A stretch of DNA of 64,000 nucleotides from Rhizophagus irregularis (Eukaryota): the NCBI RefSeq assembly GCF_026210795.1, contig NC_089432.1, positions 124,001 through 188,000 on the forward strand, read 5' to 3'. The notes beneath the pieces were generated by a model. The model was given only the letters and a program-made list of their open reading frames with translations, was not told the DNA's origin and ran no database searches. Within the stretch, counting starts at the first letter, position 1, and every line of letters begins with the position of its first letter. The position numbers and the translations under genes were made by a program. Positions 25,333 through 38,380 of the stretch are shown here, piece by piece.

Positions 25333-27987
25333 ATGCCTATGATAGACAAATACTTTGAACGTAAGTATACGAAATGGAATATTATAGATTTTCTTAACGA
25401 GTGCGATATAGAAACATTTGAAGGCAAGATCGATCATTACCTCAAATCATTGAGAGCTATTGTTGATTATGAGGAAGGTGCCAATCAAGACAAAGCAAGG
25501 TATCTCCTTTATAGATATAATAAGGTAGGAAACTAAAAATTCTTTTTTATATGTGAAAAATAGTGGCGTGACAGGGGACCTCTTCGGTTCTTGTCATTCA
25601 AGGCTCTTCGCCGACCAGATGGGATGGGAATTGGGTGGGAGTCAGGAACATGCCACTTTAAATAATTACTAATTCTCAAATTTTTTATGTAAGGATGATC
25701 GGCCTGGGCCTGATTACAAAGAAGCAAGAAATTGGGAGAAGCGTACGTCGGTCAGAGCGGGATCTTCATTCCATTTTCATAACTCAACAATCACTGGAAA
25801 TTCTCTGGGTGGCAACTCGGGGGCAATCAATAATATTAAATTTCCAAAGGAAAGAAACCGGGAAAGAGATCAAGATGAGGTATATACTCATATTTTCTCT
25901 AGAAATTGAGAAACAGCTGGAAATGATTGTCTAATAGAAACCAACTCTTTCTTTTTGTATTTAGTCCGATTATGATTTCATGCCCGTACGTCAACTGAAG
26001 CGGAAGAAGCAGTTATCCCTTCCGAAAAAGGTTAGGATATTGAAGACCTTATGTTACCTTGAATTTTATACAATAATTTTCAATGATTTCTTATATTTAC
26101 AGAATAAAGAGTCAGTTTATTCAGCGAAGAAAGTCAGTATAAAATGCATCCCTATGATGGATAGGATTTGTTACCGTGAATTCTTCTCAAAAATTTTCTA
26201 TTTTTTTTTTGCGTAAACAGGCCAAAACCACGAAAGACACGCCATCCTCATCATCATCATCATCATCACAAGGAGAACCAAGATCATCATCAACACCAGA
26301 AGTACCAATACCATCATCATCACAATCATCATCACAATCATCATCACAAGGAGCACCGAACGCATCATCATCATCATCAATTTCGTCTATACCACTAGTC
26401 ATTTCCGCACTAGACCCTGCGCTTCCTGGTAATAGTCCCGAGTATGATAAGCCACATACTCCACCTCATCAAATTTGTTCTATATCTGATAACCAAGATT
26501 TAATTAAACGATTAAAACAAGAAAAACTACGAGCGAAATCCACTTAGTAAGTAAAAACTATTAAAGCTAATTTATATTCCTACATTAGTAACTGACTAAT
26601 TTCACCATTTTTTTTATTATAGTGAGCCGATCTGCTCAAACATAATCGACACAACAAATAAGATTTTAGTGGATAGGTTGAAAATTAAACGTGATTATAA
26701 ATGGGATCCTGTCATTAATAATGCTACAAATTATATTGACGAATTAATCAATAATGTATGTTTTAAGGATTATCTTTATAATCATTATTAATTTTGATAA
26801 CACCTTTTCTTTGTCTCTGATTTCAGTCTGATACTCGCAATGAATTCCGCAGAAAACTCCAGCTTCCGTTTGTTCCATCAGATGAAACATATTCATTTAG
26901 TAAGCACTACGAAATACATTGGGTCCATCGTTTCGCTGACAAACTGTGAGTCTCATTTGGTTCTCGTCTATATAAACGGAATTTTTGCATTGTTTATGTT
27001 AAACCCATCTTATAACAATTCGTCTTATTATCTAGATCATTGTTTTTTGAAGCTCCAAGAAATCCGCTCTTAGATAAAAACTCCGAGGGCTGGATCAATT
27101 GTCACTTATTGACTCCGTTGATTGACGATTGCTTTTTGAATTGCGAGGAGATTCAAGTGCATCGGTTAGTATGAAATTTCCTAATAAAATTTAATGCGAT
27201 AGTTTGTTTCTTACCTTTAAGTCTCAAATTATTTTCTCCATCACTTCAGTGGCGAAGAGATGTCTTTGGCATCAATCGAGCGTAAGAACATGGCAAGAGA
27301 AGATACGGAAAAAAAAAGATCTGGACACAAGATCGATATTTTATTCCGTATTGATAATATGGAATATTTCGGCTCGGAAACATACACCGATGAAGATCCT
27401 CATAACTCGAAACCAATTAACTACAAACATAAGCTTTTTCGTGAAATGAAGGATCAACTAGATCGCCTCCTGAAGAATTTAAAATTCACAAAGGAATCTA
27501 TTAAAGGAGTAAAGAACATTGTTTTACACGGAATAACTCATGGAGGTACTGTGAGGCAACGGAGAATATATTTTCACATGTCTTACACTCTAATATAAAA
27601 TTAGTTGACACCATTCTTTATATTTTAACAAAGGCCTTAATGGGAAGATGTATGCAATGTACTATGATGCCAATATTGGATACTATTTCGTGTTTAAGAT
27701 TTGCCAATATCGAATTGGAACGACATGGGGAAGCTTTCCAGAAAGCCTCGTGGCTTTAAAAGATGTATTAAGTTTAAAGGTACGTATTTGTATCATCAAT
27801 TCGCTAGTTGAAAATTTTTCTTACGAATTTTAAATTTTTCTAATGATCGCAGAATGATATAACAAATGTTCTTGGTGTTGTTAAGAAAATAAAAAGAGTA
27901 GCGTTACAAGCAAAGCCAGAAGATTTGTTTACTATCGACAATCTTCCGGAGACGACACCAACCCCGAAAAAATCTCAAAAAGTGTAG
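25333..27987 (+). CDS. Intact 11-exon gene (~585 aa): helical N-terminus, Ser-rich linker, C-terminal PD-(D/E)xK restriction-endonuclease-like domain
   Basis: Exons 25333-25524, 25694-25879, 25965-26030, 26103-26132, 26221-26546, 26623-26755, 26827-26945, 27036-27164, 27250-27545, 27634-27779, 27853-27987; all introns GT-AG; 1758 nt with no internal stop; motifs SEGW, RGEEMSLASIERKN, GHKIDILF, EYFGSE, KLFREMKD. Confidence 0.8.
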
Positions 27988-28701
27988 TATAATTTAATGC
28001 TAGAATAATGTTCTCATTTCGCAATATGTAATACTACTGCATCTGTAAATCTTAACTTCACATGCATCGGAAAATAAAGTATTAATTCATTCACCGATAT
28101 TTGCATCAAAAAACGTTAACCCATAATTTTCTGCAATCTTTAATTTAGTTACATAAGCTAATTGCTTTTATATTTTTTCGTATACTAAATAGCATGTAAA
28201 AGTTAAAAGGACGCGTCGCGTTAACATATACAATTTATTATATTGTAGAGACTTGACAATAATCAAAATATACTGCAACTAATAATAGGCTCTTAATAAT
28301 GTACTGTAATTAAATCAATGTGTTTTTTTTTTTAAATGTATACAATATTCTTTACTAATTACTGTATTATATCAGATTGATTTGACTTAAACTCATAGAA
28401 AACACTAACTTCATTCAAAATTCTTTATAAATTACAAGTTATGATTTTACATATAAAATTTTCATGTGTAGTTTATTTATTTACTTATAGAATAAAAGAT
28501 AATTTCACAAATAACAAATAAAAAAGTGATTATATTATGTAATACTTGGTTGTGTCGATACAGGTAACGCGTCAATTTACATCTCACAACATATATATGA
28601 AATAAATTATTCAAGTACAAACTCTATTAATCTTAAGAAAGGAATAAACAATATTTAAAATAAAAATTTGACTATTGTTAAATATCAGAGAAAGATACAA
28701 T

Positions 28702-28904
28702 TAGCCCTGTTCAAAATCGTTCGGTTGCATTTTTCGATCAGTTAGAATAAAGCAATATTATTGGTAGAAAAAGTTCGATCCAAAAAACCTAAAAAAATAT
28801 TGGTCTAAAAGATCGGTCGCGCAAACAAATGCAAGCAGATCTGGCCAATCAAATTAAACCACAATCGACCAAAAAATGCGACCGAACGATTTTGAACAGG
28901 GCTA
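28702..28904. mobile_element. 203-bp MITE with AT target duplication
   Basis: TIR tagccctgttcaaaatcgttcggt(t/c)gcatttt; the empty site caatgtctactc is visible in the paralogous copy at ~19163. Confidence 0.9.
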
Positions 28905-31202
28905 ATGTCTACTCTTGTCAGGACTTAGGATCGTGAATATTGCCTATTTTGTCTGATTGTCACATTATCTGGGGTTATTAACTATCCACCTAAATAAGAT
29001 AATAAATCATTAAAATTTTTTCCAGTTAAGAATTTTTATTCGTTATCTGTTTAATATAGCAAAAACACTTTTAAATTAAAAATTTTAATCATGAGAATAA
29101 AGTGATTGTAAAACTTATGTCAATTTAATACCATGAATTTCTTTTAGTATTCTCTTATTGTAACATAAACAAGTTCTCTCTACGTAAAAAATGACATTAT
29201 TCTATATAATCAAATTGGTGTAAAATAATAAATGAGATTGTTCATAATTCTATTTTTGTTAATAACAAAGTTTAATGATCATAGTCACACCAAACGATAA
29301 ATAGCGGAATCACGACAGTCTGATTTAACGCCAAATCCGCAGCTAGTAAATTAACCGGAAAAAATTTTATCCGTTTCAACGAAAAAAAAAAGATTATTTT
29401 CTGTTAGTTCTCATATTCAAGGACATCCTTTGAATTTATTACAATAGTAGTGATTGGAGCATAAATTCACATGATAAAAAGTATATGAATTTATTACTTA
29501 CCGAGGGACGAGGTGAGACTTAACTATTACTCGGATCATATCAGGACCCGACCTGTTCGGAACACTTCACTGGCTCAGACAATGTCTCACTACCATTGTG
29601 AGATTAGTTGTCTTTTTTGAAAAATTCTACATATTAAAATACCCCAACCAATTAACTCTAATTGGTAATTTATTAATTTAAGCTTATTTATTTTTATCAA
29701 AATCTATGATCAACTTTTATTATGTAATAACTTTTAAATACATTTTTTTTGATGCAAATGTCTTGGCGGATTAAAATTTCACATGATAAAACTTTCCAAA
29801 TTAATAAACGATTATTTGGTTATTTTGGTACTGTATATCTGATTCTAAAATTTTATTAAAATTTGAAGTAAAATGAGGGACTTCAATATGTGCCATCTAT
29901 TTAAAAATTAACATCAAATATAATTCTTATAGAAAAATTCTAAATAATTTGACATACATATATGCTATGAATATGATTCTAAATCATTTATAAAGAGAAT
30001 AAAATCTATCAAAAATTGCATTAGTTGAAGAGTAATTTCGTTCAATACATTAATTTTCTATTTTTTAGCCTAATCATTAATATCTCCACATGTGATCAAT
30101 CTAAGTGATCTTTGATTTCTAATTAGAGTATTATTTGTCTAGTATATATACACATCAGATATTAAAAAAAGAACACTATATATAACTATACTATTAAGAT
30201 TAACTATATACTGTAAGATTTCTTTTCAACAGAATTCTTCTTATAGAACCTTATATTCTATTCCAAAGAAAATTATTTACTCTCAAATGTTAATGAAATA
30301 AAACTAGTAAACCTGATCCTGAAAGAGAAAATAAAATAATTTATTATTAAAAAGTTGTTTCTAAAAATATTATTTCATTTTTTTAAAAACTTTTATATAT
30401 ATAGTGTTATACTAAAGAAGAGTTTTTTTATGATATCTAAATGCTTTAAGTTGCAAAGTTCATGTTAAATCAAAAATTGAAAGCTGTATTAGTACAACTT
30501 TTATGGCTTTATAGCTACCATTTTACTTTTCAAAATGAATAAAATGCTATTTATGATTTAAAAAAAATCCTTTTCTGTAGTTCAAGAATCAAAAAATAAT
30601 TCAAAACTTTACAATAAAAATGATTTATTTAATTTCTTCTTTTTTTTAGAAATCTGAATCTCCTTGAAAGCGCAATCGTAATCAACCTTGAACAATGAAC
30701 AGTGAATCCTCATCCGTTCACGCATCCTAACACCTTTCTCCAAATCCAAATTCCAAAAAATTCCTCTAATCCAAAGAGTGTTTATAATTCATAAAATCCA
30801 TTCTAGATTGCTATTAAAAACCTTTGGTATTTTTTAGAACAAAAAATTCTTGTTTACATTTATTTCCTAGTCTCTAACGACAATCTATCCATACTCCTAA
30901 AGAAATAAAGAACCCGTATCCAATCATCTTTCCCAGTAACACCATCAAAAATCGAATATATAAAAAGTAAGTAACGGAAATTGGCTAAGTAAGTAATGTA
31001 AGGTCACATGATCTATTATGTTACTTCTCTTATATAGTAAGGTACAGAACGTAAATTTTTTGGTAATTACTTTATGTTACCTAAACTCCCCCAACACCAT
31101 CAAAAAAGCCTGAGTTTGGCCCTCATTATGGCGTTATGTACTAACACGTGAAAATAAACAGTGACAAATAGCACGTCTGAAATGCACATCTGAAATGTAT
31201 GT

Positions 31203-32032
31203 CAGGTTGACGGCGCAGTGTGGCGCAGTGATTTTTTCCAAAAAAATTAAATTGCAATTTTTTTTATTTAAAATAAACCCTTTAAATTACTATACTAGAT
31301 GTATTTTTGTCCGCTTTGCAAATTTACTTAGAGAATATATGGGTGGTTTAGAAGGCCATTTTCGAGTTATTTAACAAAAACTGTTCTTTCGACAAATCCA
31401 ATTTTGGAAATGATTGGCTAAGACAATAAAATCAGTTGTTATATACTAAAGTCAAAATCTACTTCCAAAACCTCCTTCCATTTATAAGTGAATTTTGTAA
31501 AACAGATGAAAATACATCTAATGTGTAAATTTGAAAATATTACATTAAAAAGAAAATCTTTAACTTATTTCTTTTTAAAATTACTGCGCCACACTGCGCC
31601 GTCAATTTCAGATGTGCGTCTGTCTGCAGGTTGACGGCGCAGTGTGGCGCAGTAATTTCAAAAAGATTTAAGTTAAAGATTTTCTTTTTAATATAAAGCT
31701 TTTAAATTTACACACTAGATGTATTTTCATCTGTTTTACAAAATTCACTTATAAATGAAAGGAGGTTTTGGAAGTAGATTTTGACTCTAGTATATAACAA
31801 CCGATTTTATCGTCTTTGCCGATCATTTCCAAAATTGGATTTGTCGAAAGAACAGTTTTTGTTAAATAACTCGAAAATGGCCTTCTAAACCACCTGTATA
31901 TGCTCTAAGTAAATTTGCAGAGCGGACAAAAATACACCTAGTTCAGGAATTTAAAGGTTTTATTATAAATAAAAAAAATTGCAATTTAATTTTTTTGGAA
32001 AAATCGCTGCGCCACACTGCGCCATCAACCTG
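31203..32032. mobile_element. Two ~405-bp copies of one MITE in inverted orientation (830-bp palindrome)
   Basis: Copy 1 31203-31605, copy 2 31627-32032; TIR caggttgacggcgcagtgtggcgcagt; internal sequences are reverse complements. Confidence 0.88.
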
Positions 32033-32034
32033 GC

Positions 32035-32155
32035 GCAAATGTATCGTTCTTATACGATCAGGTGCTATGTTCTTATACGACGGATATGTCACATAATATA
32101 GGTCGTATAAGATAGTATGTCGTACACGTATAAGAACGATACATTTGCCAACCTG
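32035..32155. mobile_element. Small MITE with a related CAGGTTG terminus
   Basis: gcaaatgtatcgttcttatacg / cgtataagaacgatacatttgc followed by caacctg. Confidence 0.65.
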
Positions 32156-33181
32156 GCACACATTTCAGACATGCTGACGAATAAGGGCGTGACGTCACGT
32201 TGGGGCATAATATTTTTAGCCGTCAAATTGATTTGAGCATCGTTATTAGTAGTATAGTACATCGATCAAATTTGTCTAAACTTTTGTAATGATCAGCATA
32301 GGACATATACTGTATTAAGGTCAATTTTATGTCATGTAATGATTGTAATCCAAACTCGGAATACAAGGGATGTTTAACAAACAATTAATTATGCATGATT
32401 CAAATACAAATAATTCAATTAATTCATAATGTAAATGGTTTATTTTTGATTACCTTTATAGGAAGGTTTTAAGATCTTTGAAAGGTTTACGTTCAAAATA
32501 AGACGATCAAAATTATCTGACGTGAAAATTCAATTAATTTATGGTTTAATAGTTATTTCACGGGGAGTCATGAATATCAACGATTTTCACGGCTGCGCCG
32601 TGAAAATCATGATATTTATGCGACACGTGAAATAACTTTTTTATCTCATGGAGACTAACGTCCAGTGATGGGAAAGGTATAAATAAACTATAAAAACACG
32701 TGAACATGAAAAATATCATCAGAAAAATTACAGGCATGAATATATCATCAAAAAAATCACTGACGACCAATTAGTAAACATGAGATAAAAATTTAATATT
32801 TAATTCCAGCCTCAATTCTTTAGGCATATTGATGGACGACCGGTTTGTTTTTTTGGTGTTAAAGAGTAAAATATCATTAACAACTGTTTTCCCTGTTTAG
32901 CAACCATGCGACTTGATTGTCTACAATTATGGCCGTAAATAATAGCGCCGCGTGTTTTTGAGGTAACTCTTTATGATTAGTTTATTGTGATTATAAATAC
33001 AAATTAATATGTTATGATCGGCATAATTTTGCCAAGAAAATGACTTCATTAACTTGAGAGGATTCAATCTGTATTACGTTACCTCTCTATCATTATATAA
33101 AATTTATAAGCACGAACTTTTTTTTTTGTAAACAATCTGGCTAACCATTTATGGGTACTATACGCACAAAAACTTAGGTAT

Positions 33182-33549
33182 TAGTGTTTTAGGCGAAACT
33201 AAAACTAGTCCCCTAGCGAAACTTCCGGAACGAAACTTTCGAAACTGGGCGAAAATTTCCAAACTGGACGAAAGCTCGCAAACGATTTATTATTATTTTT
33301 TATTTGCGATACAAATTACAACTTTTACAATTTACATTGTACTGATCCATTTAATATCATTATTTTAATTTTTATCCATAGGTTTCATTCGCTTCATTAC
33401 GTTTGAAAATCCTAAATGCATAAATTTAGCCATCAATTAAAAAATTATGAACGTAACAATTTTGCCAAGTTTCGGAGTTTCGGAAATTTCGCCAAGTTCG
33501 GACAGTTTCGAAATGGCCGAATTAAAATTGGCGAAACGCTCAAAACAAT
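33182..33549. mobile_element. Degenerate MITE with cgaaac(t) / (a)gtttcg subterminal repeats
   Basis: Clustered cgaaact motifs on the left, agtttcg motifs on the right; weak TIR. Confidence 0.45.
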
Positions 33550-33721
33550 TTCATTAATAAGTATGTAATAAAATATTTAAAAATACGGTTAGCTACATGT
33601 TACAAGATTACAAGAATTTTCTTTATGATAAAAATGATTAAAAATAAGCTAGGTAAGAATTAGCGCATTATCTTTCTTCAAGACTGGAATTACATAATAA
33701 TGTTAACAAAAAAAGGAAATT

Positions 33722-33990
33722 TCAATTCTTAAAAGAGGTATTTAGAGATTTTTTTGTTATTCAGTTTCAGAATTCATTTAATTGTTAAATAATATTTCTA
33801 AAAATAGCACCTCCTTGTTAAGGGCATATTTTAGATCGATGATCATTAGTAGAATTATCAATTCTTAAAAGAGGTAAAAGTGATTTTTTGTTTTTTTCAA
33901 ATTCAGAATTCAATTGTAAATATTGTTTCTAAAATAGCTAGCATCTTCTCGTTAAGGGAATGTATATCCTTTTTTAAATCGATGATCATT
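33722..33990. repeat. Imperfect ~135-bp direct duplication
   Basis: tcaattcttaaaagaggta...atcgatgatcatt occurs twice. Confidence 0.7.
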
Positions 33991-34300
33991 TAATAGATTG
34001 ACACTGTTAACTCCGAAATAATTAATTACTAATAATAATGAACTAAATTTTATATTTATTTGGGGTATAAGAATCTTTTATTGGTAATATAAATATCAAT
34101 ATTTTATTATAACGCGAAGTTGCATTTTTTCCCCTGATACAACAAATATAATGCAACAAATTATTAATGCATGATACACAAGATAATGATGTTCATTTCC
34201 CGATTAATTATAAAGTGTAACAGACGAATGCTTTAAAAAACGTTAACTATTAGGTTTAATAAACGCTTATCAAAAAAAAAAATTTTTTCAATTAAGTGAA

Positions 34301-37300
34301 ATGGATGAATTTTCCGTAAAAATCGATAGTGAAACTGATTTCGATAAAGTCGACTTAACTAATAAAGATAAAATTGATAGTGATAAAGCACATAACGGTC
34401 TACCTATTACAGAGATAGAAGTATCACCAAATGAAAAATACCTCGTTACTTATAGTCAGGAAGATCGTTCAATCGTTGGTTGGGAAATTACAAACGGTCA
34501 ACTTAAACCTGAATCTCGTGTCGATGACGTTGATGTCGATGTTAATTCATCCAATCATCTAATATGTGTTTCTGATGATAAGAAACTTGCGTATATAACA
34601 GATGATGGATTGAGTAATTTTGGTGAGTAATAACTATTACGTTTACCCTTATAAATTTTTATAATATTTATTCAATTGTATTTTATTAGAATCATACGAT
34701 CTGATAAGTGAAGATCAAATCAGTATAGATTTATTAGATTTTAACAATCACAACGATATTGAGATTTTATATTGTGTTTTTAACTTAAATAATGAACTTA
34801 TTTTATATAATTGTATTGATGATGAGAGTTGGGAACATTTTGAATATGTTATTTGTATTTATTCCTTACAAACTAAAAATAACAAATTAATATATAAGTG
34901 TAAAAGAATGTATTGGACATCAGGAAATGTTATGAGCATACAAAAATATGATAAACTCTATTTATCATCTTCATTATCAAATAATAACGTTTATGAATTT
35001 GATCTTGCTACTGAAAAAAAAATAAAAATAGTTGGTAGTAGCGAAATGATGACGTCATTTGATGATAATATAAAGGTAATATATAAATTTCTGAAACTAT
35101 TTGAAAATATGATATTTTATAAATTAAAATTAATTTTTTATTTCTATTTTAAAAGTTTGAAAAAGATCTTAGGATTTCCAGTAATGAGAAATTTATTTGT
35201 ATAAGGATCAAGAATAAAATTATTATTTATTCAATTTATTTGAAAATTCATATTGCTTCTTTAGATATAAATAATGGTACGGTATTGTATTCTTTTAAAA
35301 TTTAATATACTGTTATTAATTTTAATATAATATTAATATTATTTTTTTTATTTGTTATTTAGTTAATCAACTACATACTTTTATGAAATTCATTGTTGTT
35401 TCGCATCCAATATTATTTCCTTTATTATTTCCTTTATTATTTCCTTTATTTAGTAATATGCCAAATAATGGATTTTGGGATGTCATCATGAAAGATAGTA
35501 ATAGCTTAAGAAATTTAAAACATTATGATCAATTATCAAAAGAATATCTTCCAAATAATATCCGAGTCCTAAAAAGAAAATACGCATTTGGAATTCTAGA
35601 TGGGGAAGTTTGGAAGATTGATCTGGAAAAAGTGGAAACAAATATAGATTCATTATTTAAAAGCTCTGATATCAGTAATTTTGATGAAATTTGTGAAAAT
35701 TGGTATGAATACTCTGGTAATCGTTTTAAGTACAAAAAAGAAACGTATAATCACTTAATTATCCTTTCACTTAATCCATACAAGAAAACTATAAATGAAT
35801 TATTCCAAGATTCTCGGAGTGAATTTTATGGTGAAAAAGAGTTTAAAAATCTAATTAGATGGAATTATGACAGCGGCTATTTCACTGATAATAATAATCG
35901 AATTGTTAAACAAATGGAACTGCAAGTTTTCAAAAAAAATAACAATAATGAATGGTATCACGTTTGCTCAAGAGTCGAAATTATAAAACAATTGTATAAT
36001 ACGAATGAAGTCCAAGGTTCTATTAAGATATTTAATCATAGTGATATCATTATATTAACGGAGATGGGTCTTTTTATTTATCATTTTGATGAAGATAGTC
36101 AATCCATTTCTTTAATATACTATTATTATATTAAAAAATTCCGCATCGAACCCAAAGTATTTTCCGAACCTACTTTACCTTTACCAAATTATAATAGTTT
36201 CAAATTTTGTAATGGATGGGTTACATATATAAAAAATAATAAGGAAATTCTTTTTAAATATGGCGTTGAATTATTAACATTTGCAATTAAAGAACATAAC
36301 TTAGAATTAATAGATGATATATTTAAAAAATGCTTATACTATTTTAAGGAAGATTTAGGAAGCAATGTGATGTTTTTAAGTATCATTACTTCTACAATGC
36401 CATTATTAAATGAATATTATCCGGAATATATTTCAAGATATTCATTGGAAACAACAATGATAACTGATTCACCTTTTTATTATATAGAACATCAAGATAT
36501 CAATTTACATCTTTATCCTTTTCGACGTTATTTTCACACAATTGATATATCTCAATCTATTTGGTGGTTAAATTATTGTGCATTAAAGAAAAATGATGAA
36601 GTTAATAATAAGGAAAATTACTTCAAAATAAAACGTTTTCACCTTTCAAATTTATTCTTTTTACCCTTTTTGCCAATTTATTACGTTATATGTTATATAT
36701 TATTAAGATTTCATATTATTAATGATTGGTACAAGAAATTTGGATTTCCTAATCTATATTTTTTCGTGAATGATCTTTTTTTAAAAGTAATACCAAAAAA
36801 ACAAAAAACACCCACAATTATTTTCATGAATCCTTATATTAAATTTGTTAACTACCCGAAAGATTATAATTGGTTTTTAGAGTTAATTTGGCCTCAACCT
36901 AGTCCATTTGCTGAAACAATAAATAGAGATATTTATAGAACTTGGAATGGAGAAGTGTTAATTAATTTTAAATGGAATAATTATGGAAAATATTATTATG
37001 CAATCATTTTAATTGTATTTTTAGCTTTACTTGGATGCTTTAACGTTGCAGCAACAATAGCTGATATGGATGAAAATATTCGAAATCAACTTTTAAATGC
37101 TACAATTATACTTGGATTTATTCATTTGAGTTTTGAAGTTCGTCAGATTATTTATAATCCTATTAAATGGATCCGTGATTTTTGGAACATATTTGGTAAA
37201 TATAATAATTAATTTTAAAATATTTAAAATATTTAATTTTAAAAATAGTAGAAAATTAATTAATTACATCATTTGAATATTATAGATGTAATTGCATTCG

Positions 37301-38380
37301 TGCTTCCAATTTACACTTCTATTATTTGGCTTCAAACCAATGAATTGAGTGTAATTCCAATGGATATAATCCCATTACTTTCATTTTCATGTTTATTTTT
37401 AGATATAAAATTTTTATTATTTTTTAGAGCATTTGAATATTTTGGTGTATATTTTGCAATAATCATTAGTGTTGCAAAACAGATTATCTCTTTTTTGGTG
37501 GTCTTATTTATTATTATAATTAGTTTCGCTCATGCATTTTATATTTTACTATTACCAAGAGCAAAATTTTCATTTGATGATCGTACAAATAATAATGATC
37601 CTAATAATCCTTGGAATATAGCCAATTCCTATAATCTAGTACTTGAAAATGGATCTATTGGTAAAACCCCATATATAATTCAACAACCTAATGGAAATAC
37701 AAATATGTTTGTAGATTTTAGATCATCCCTTTTTGCAATGTATTTATTCTTAACAGGTGTGTAAAAAAATTTATTTATTTATTTATTTTTTTTTTGATGT
37801 TTAATTGTACTTAAAATTTTTTAATTAATTGCTAGGCGATTCAAGTGCGTTAACTAATTGGACATATACTGATAATGCGCCAATTGCAATATTGATCGTT
37901 TTATTCTCATTACTGATTGTTGTATATCTTATGAATTTGTTTATTGGATTACTCAATATGGCAATTGAAAAAGATAATAATAGAGTTTCATATTTAAAAA
38001 GAAGGCAGAGGTATATGTTGTCATTATTTAACATAACTGAAAGTACTGTTGTAAAAGTTTTTTTAATTAAATTTTTTTTAATTTCTTATTAGATTCTTGC
38101 TGAAATTGAGTTATTCTATCTATTACCACATCAAAGACGTTGGGGAAAATGGTTTCCTGAAATAATGTATGTAAATTTTATTTATTTATGTTATTTCTTA
38201 AATCATCTCAAGTTTTTACTGATAATATAATATAATTAATTTATTTTAAGATATTATTATGCCAATGTTGATAAGACTCGTGAGAAAGTTAAAGAAATGA
38301 TGGATAATGGCGAATGGGATTCTAATGAATTTACAGAACTCAAGAAAGCTCTTTTAGAAAAACTTAACATGGACAAATAA
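34301..38380 (+). CDS. TRP-like cation channel (beta-propeller-like N-terminus, multi-TM ion-transport C-terminus), 8 exons, one apparent 1-nt frameshift near 38000
   Basis: Exons ~34301-34622, 34690-35074, 35156-35276, 35363-37195, 37287-37756, 37836-38010, 38093-38166, 38251-38380; LINFKWNNYG, DFWNIFD, SLFAMYLFLTGDS pore, LMNLFIGLLNMAI, ILAEIELFYLLPHQRRW. Confidence 0.82.

Noticed and set aside
26187..26402. Poly-Asp and poly-Met minus-strand ORFs
   Set aside because: Antisense shadows of the (TCA)n Ser-rich exon 5
30600..30950. Possible LINE C-terminal remnant on the minus strand
   Set aside because: Too degraded for a supportable motif
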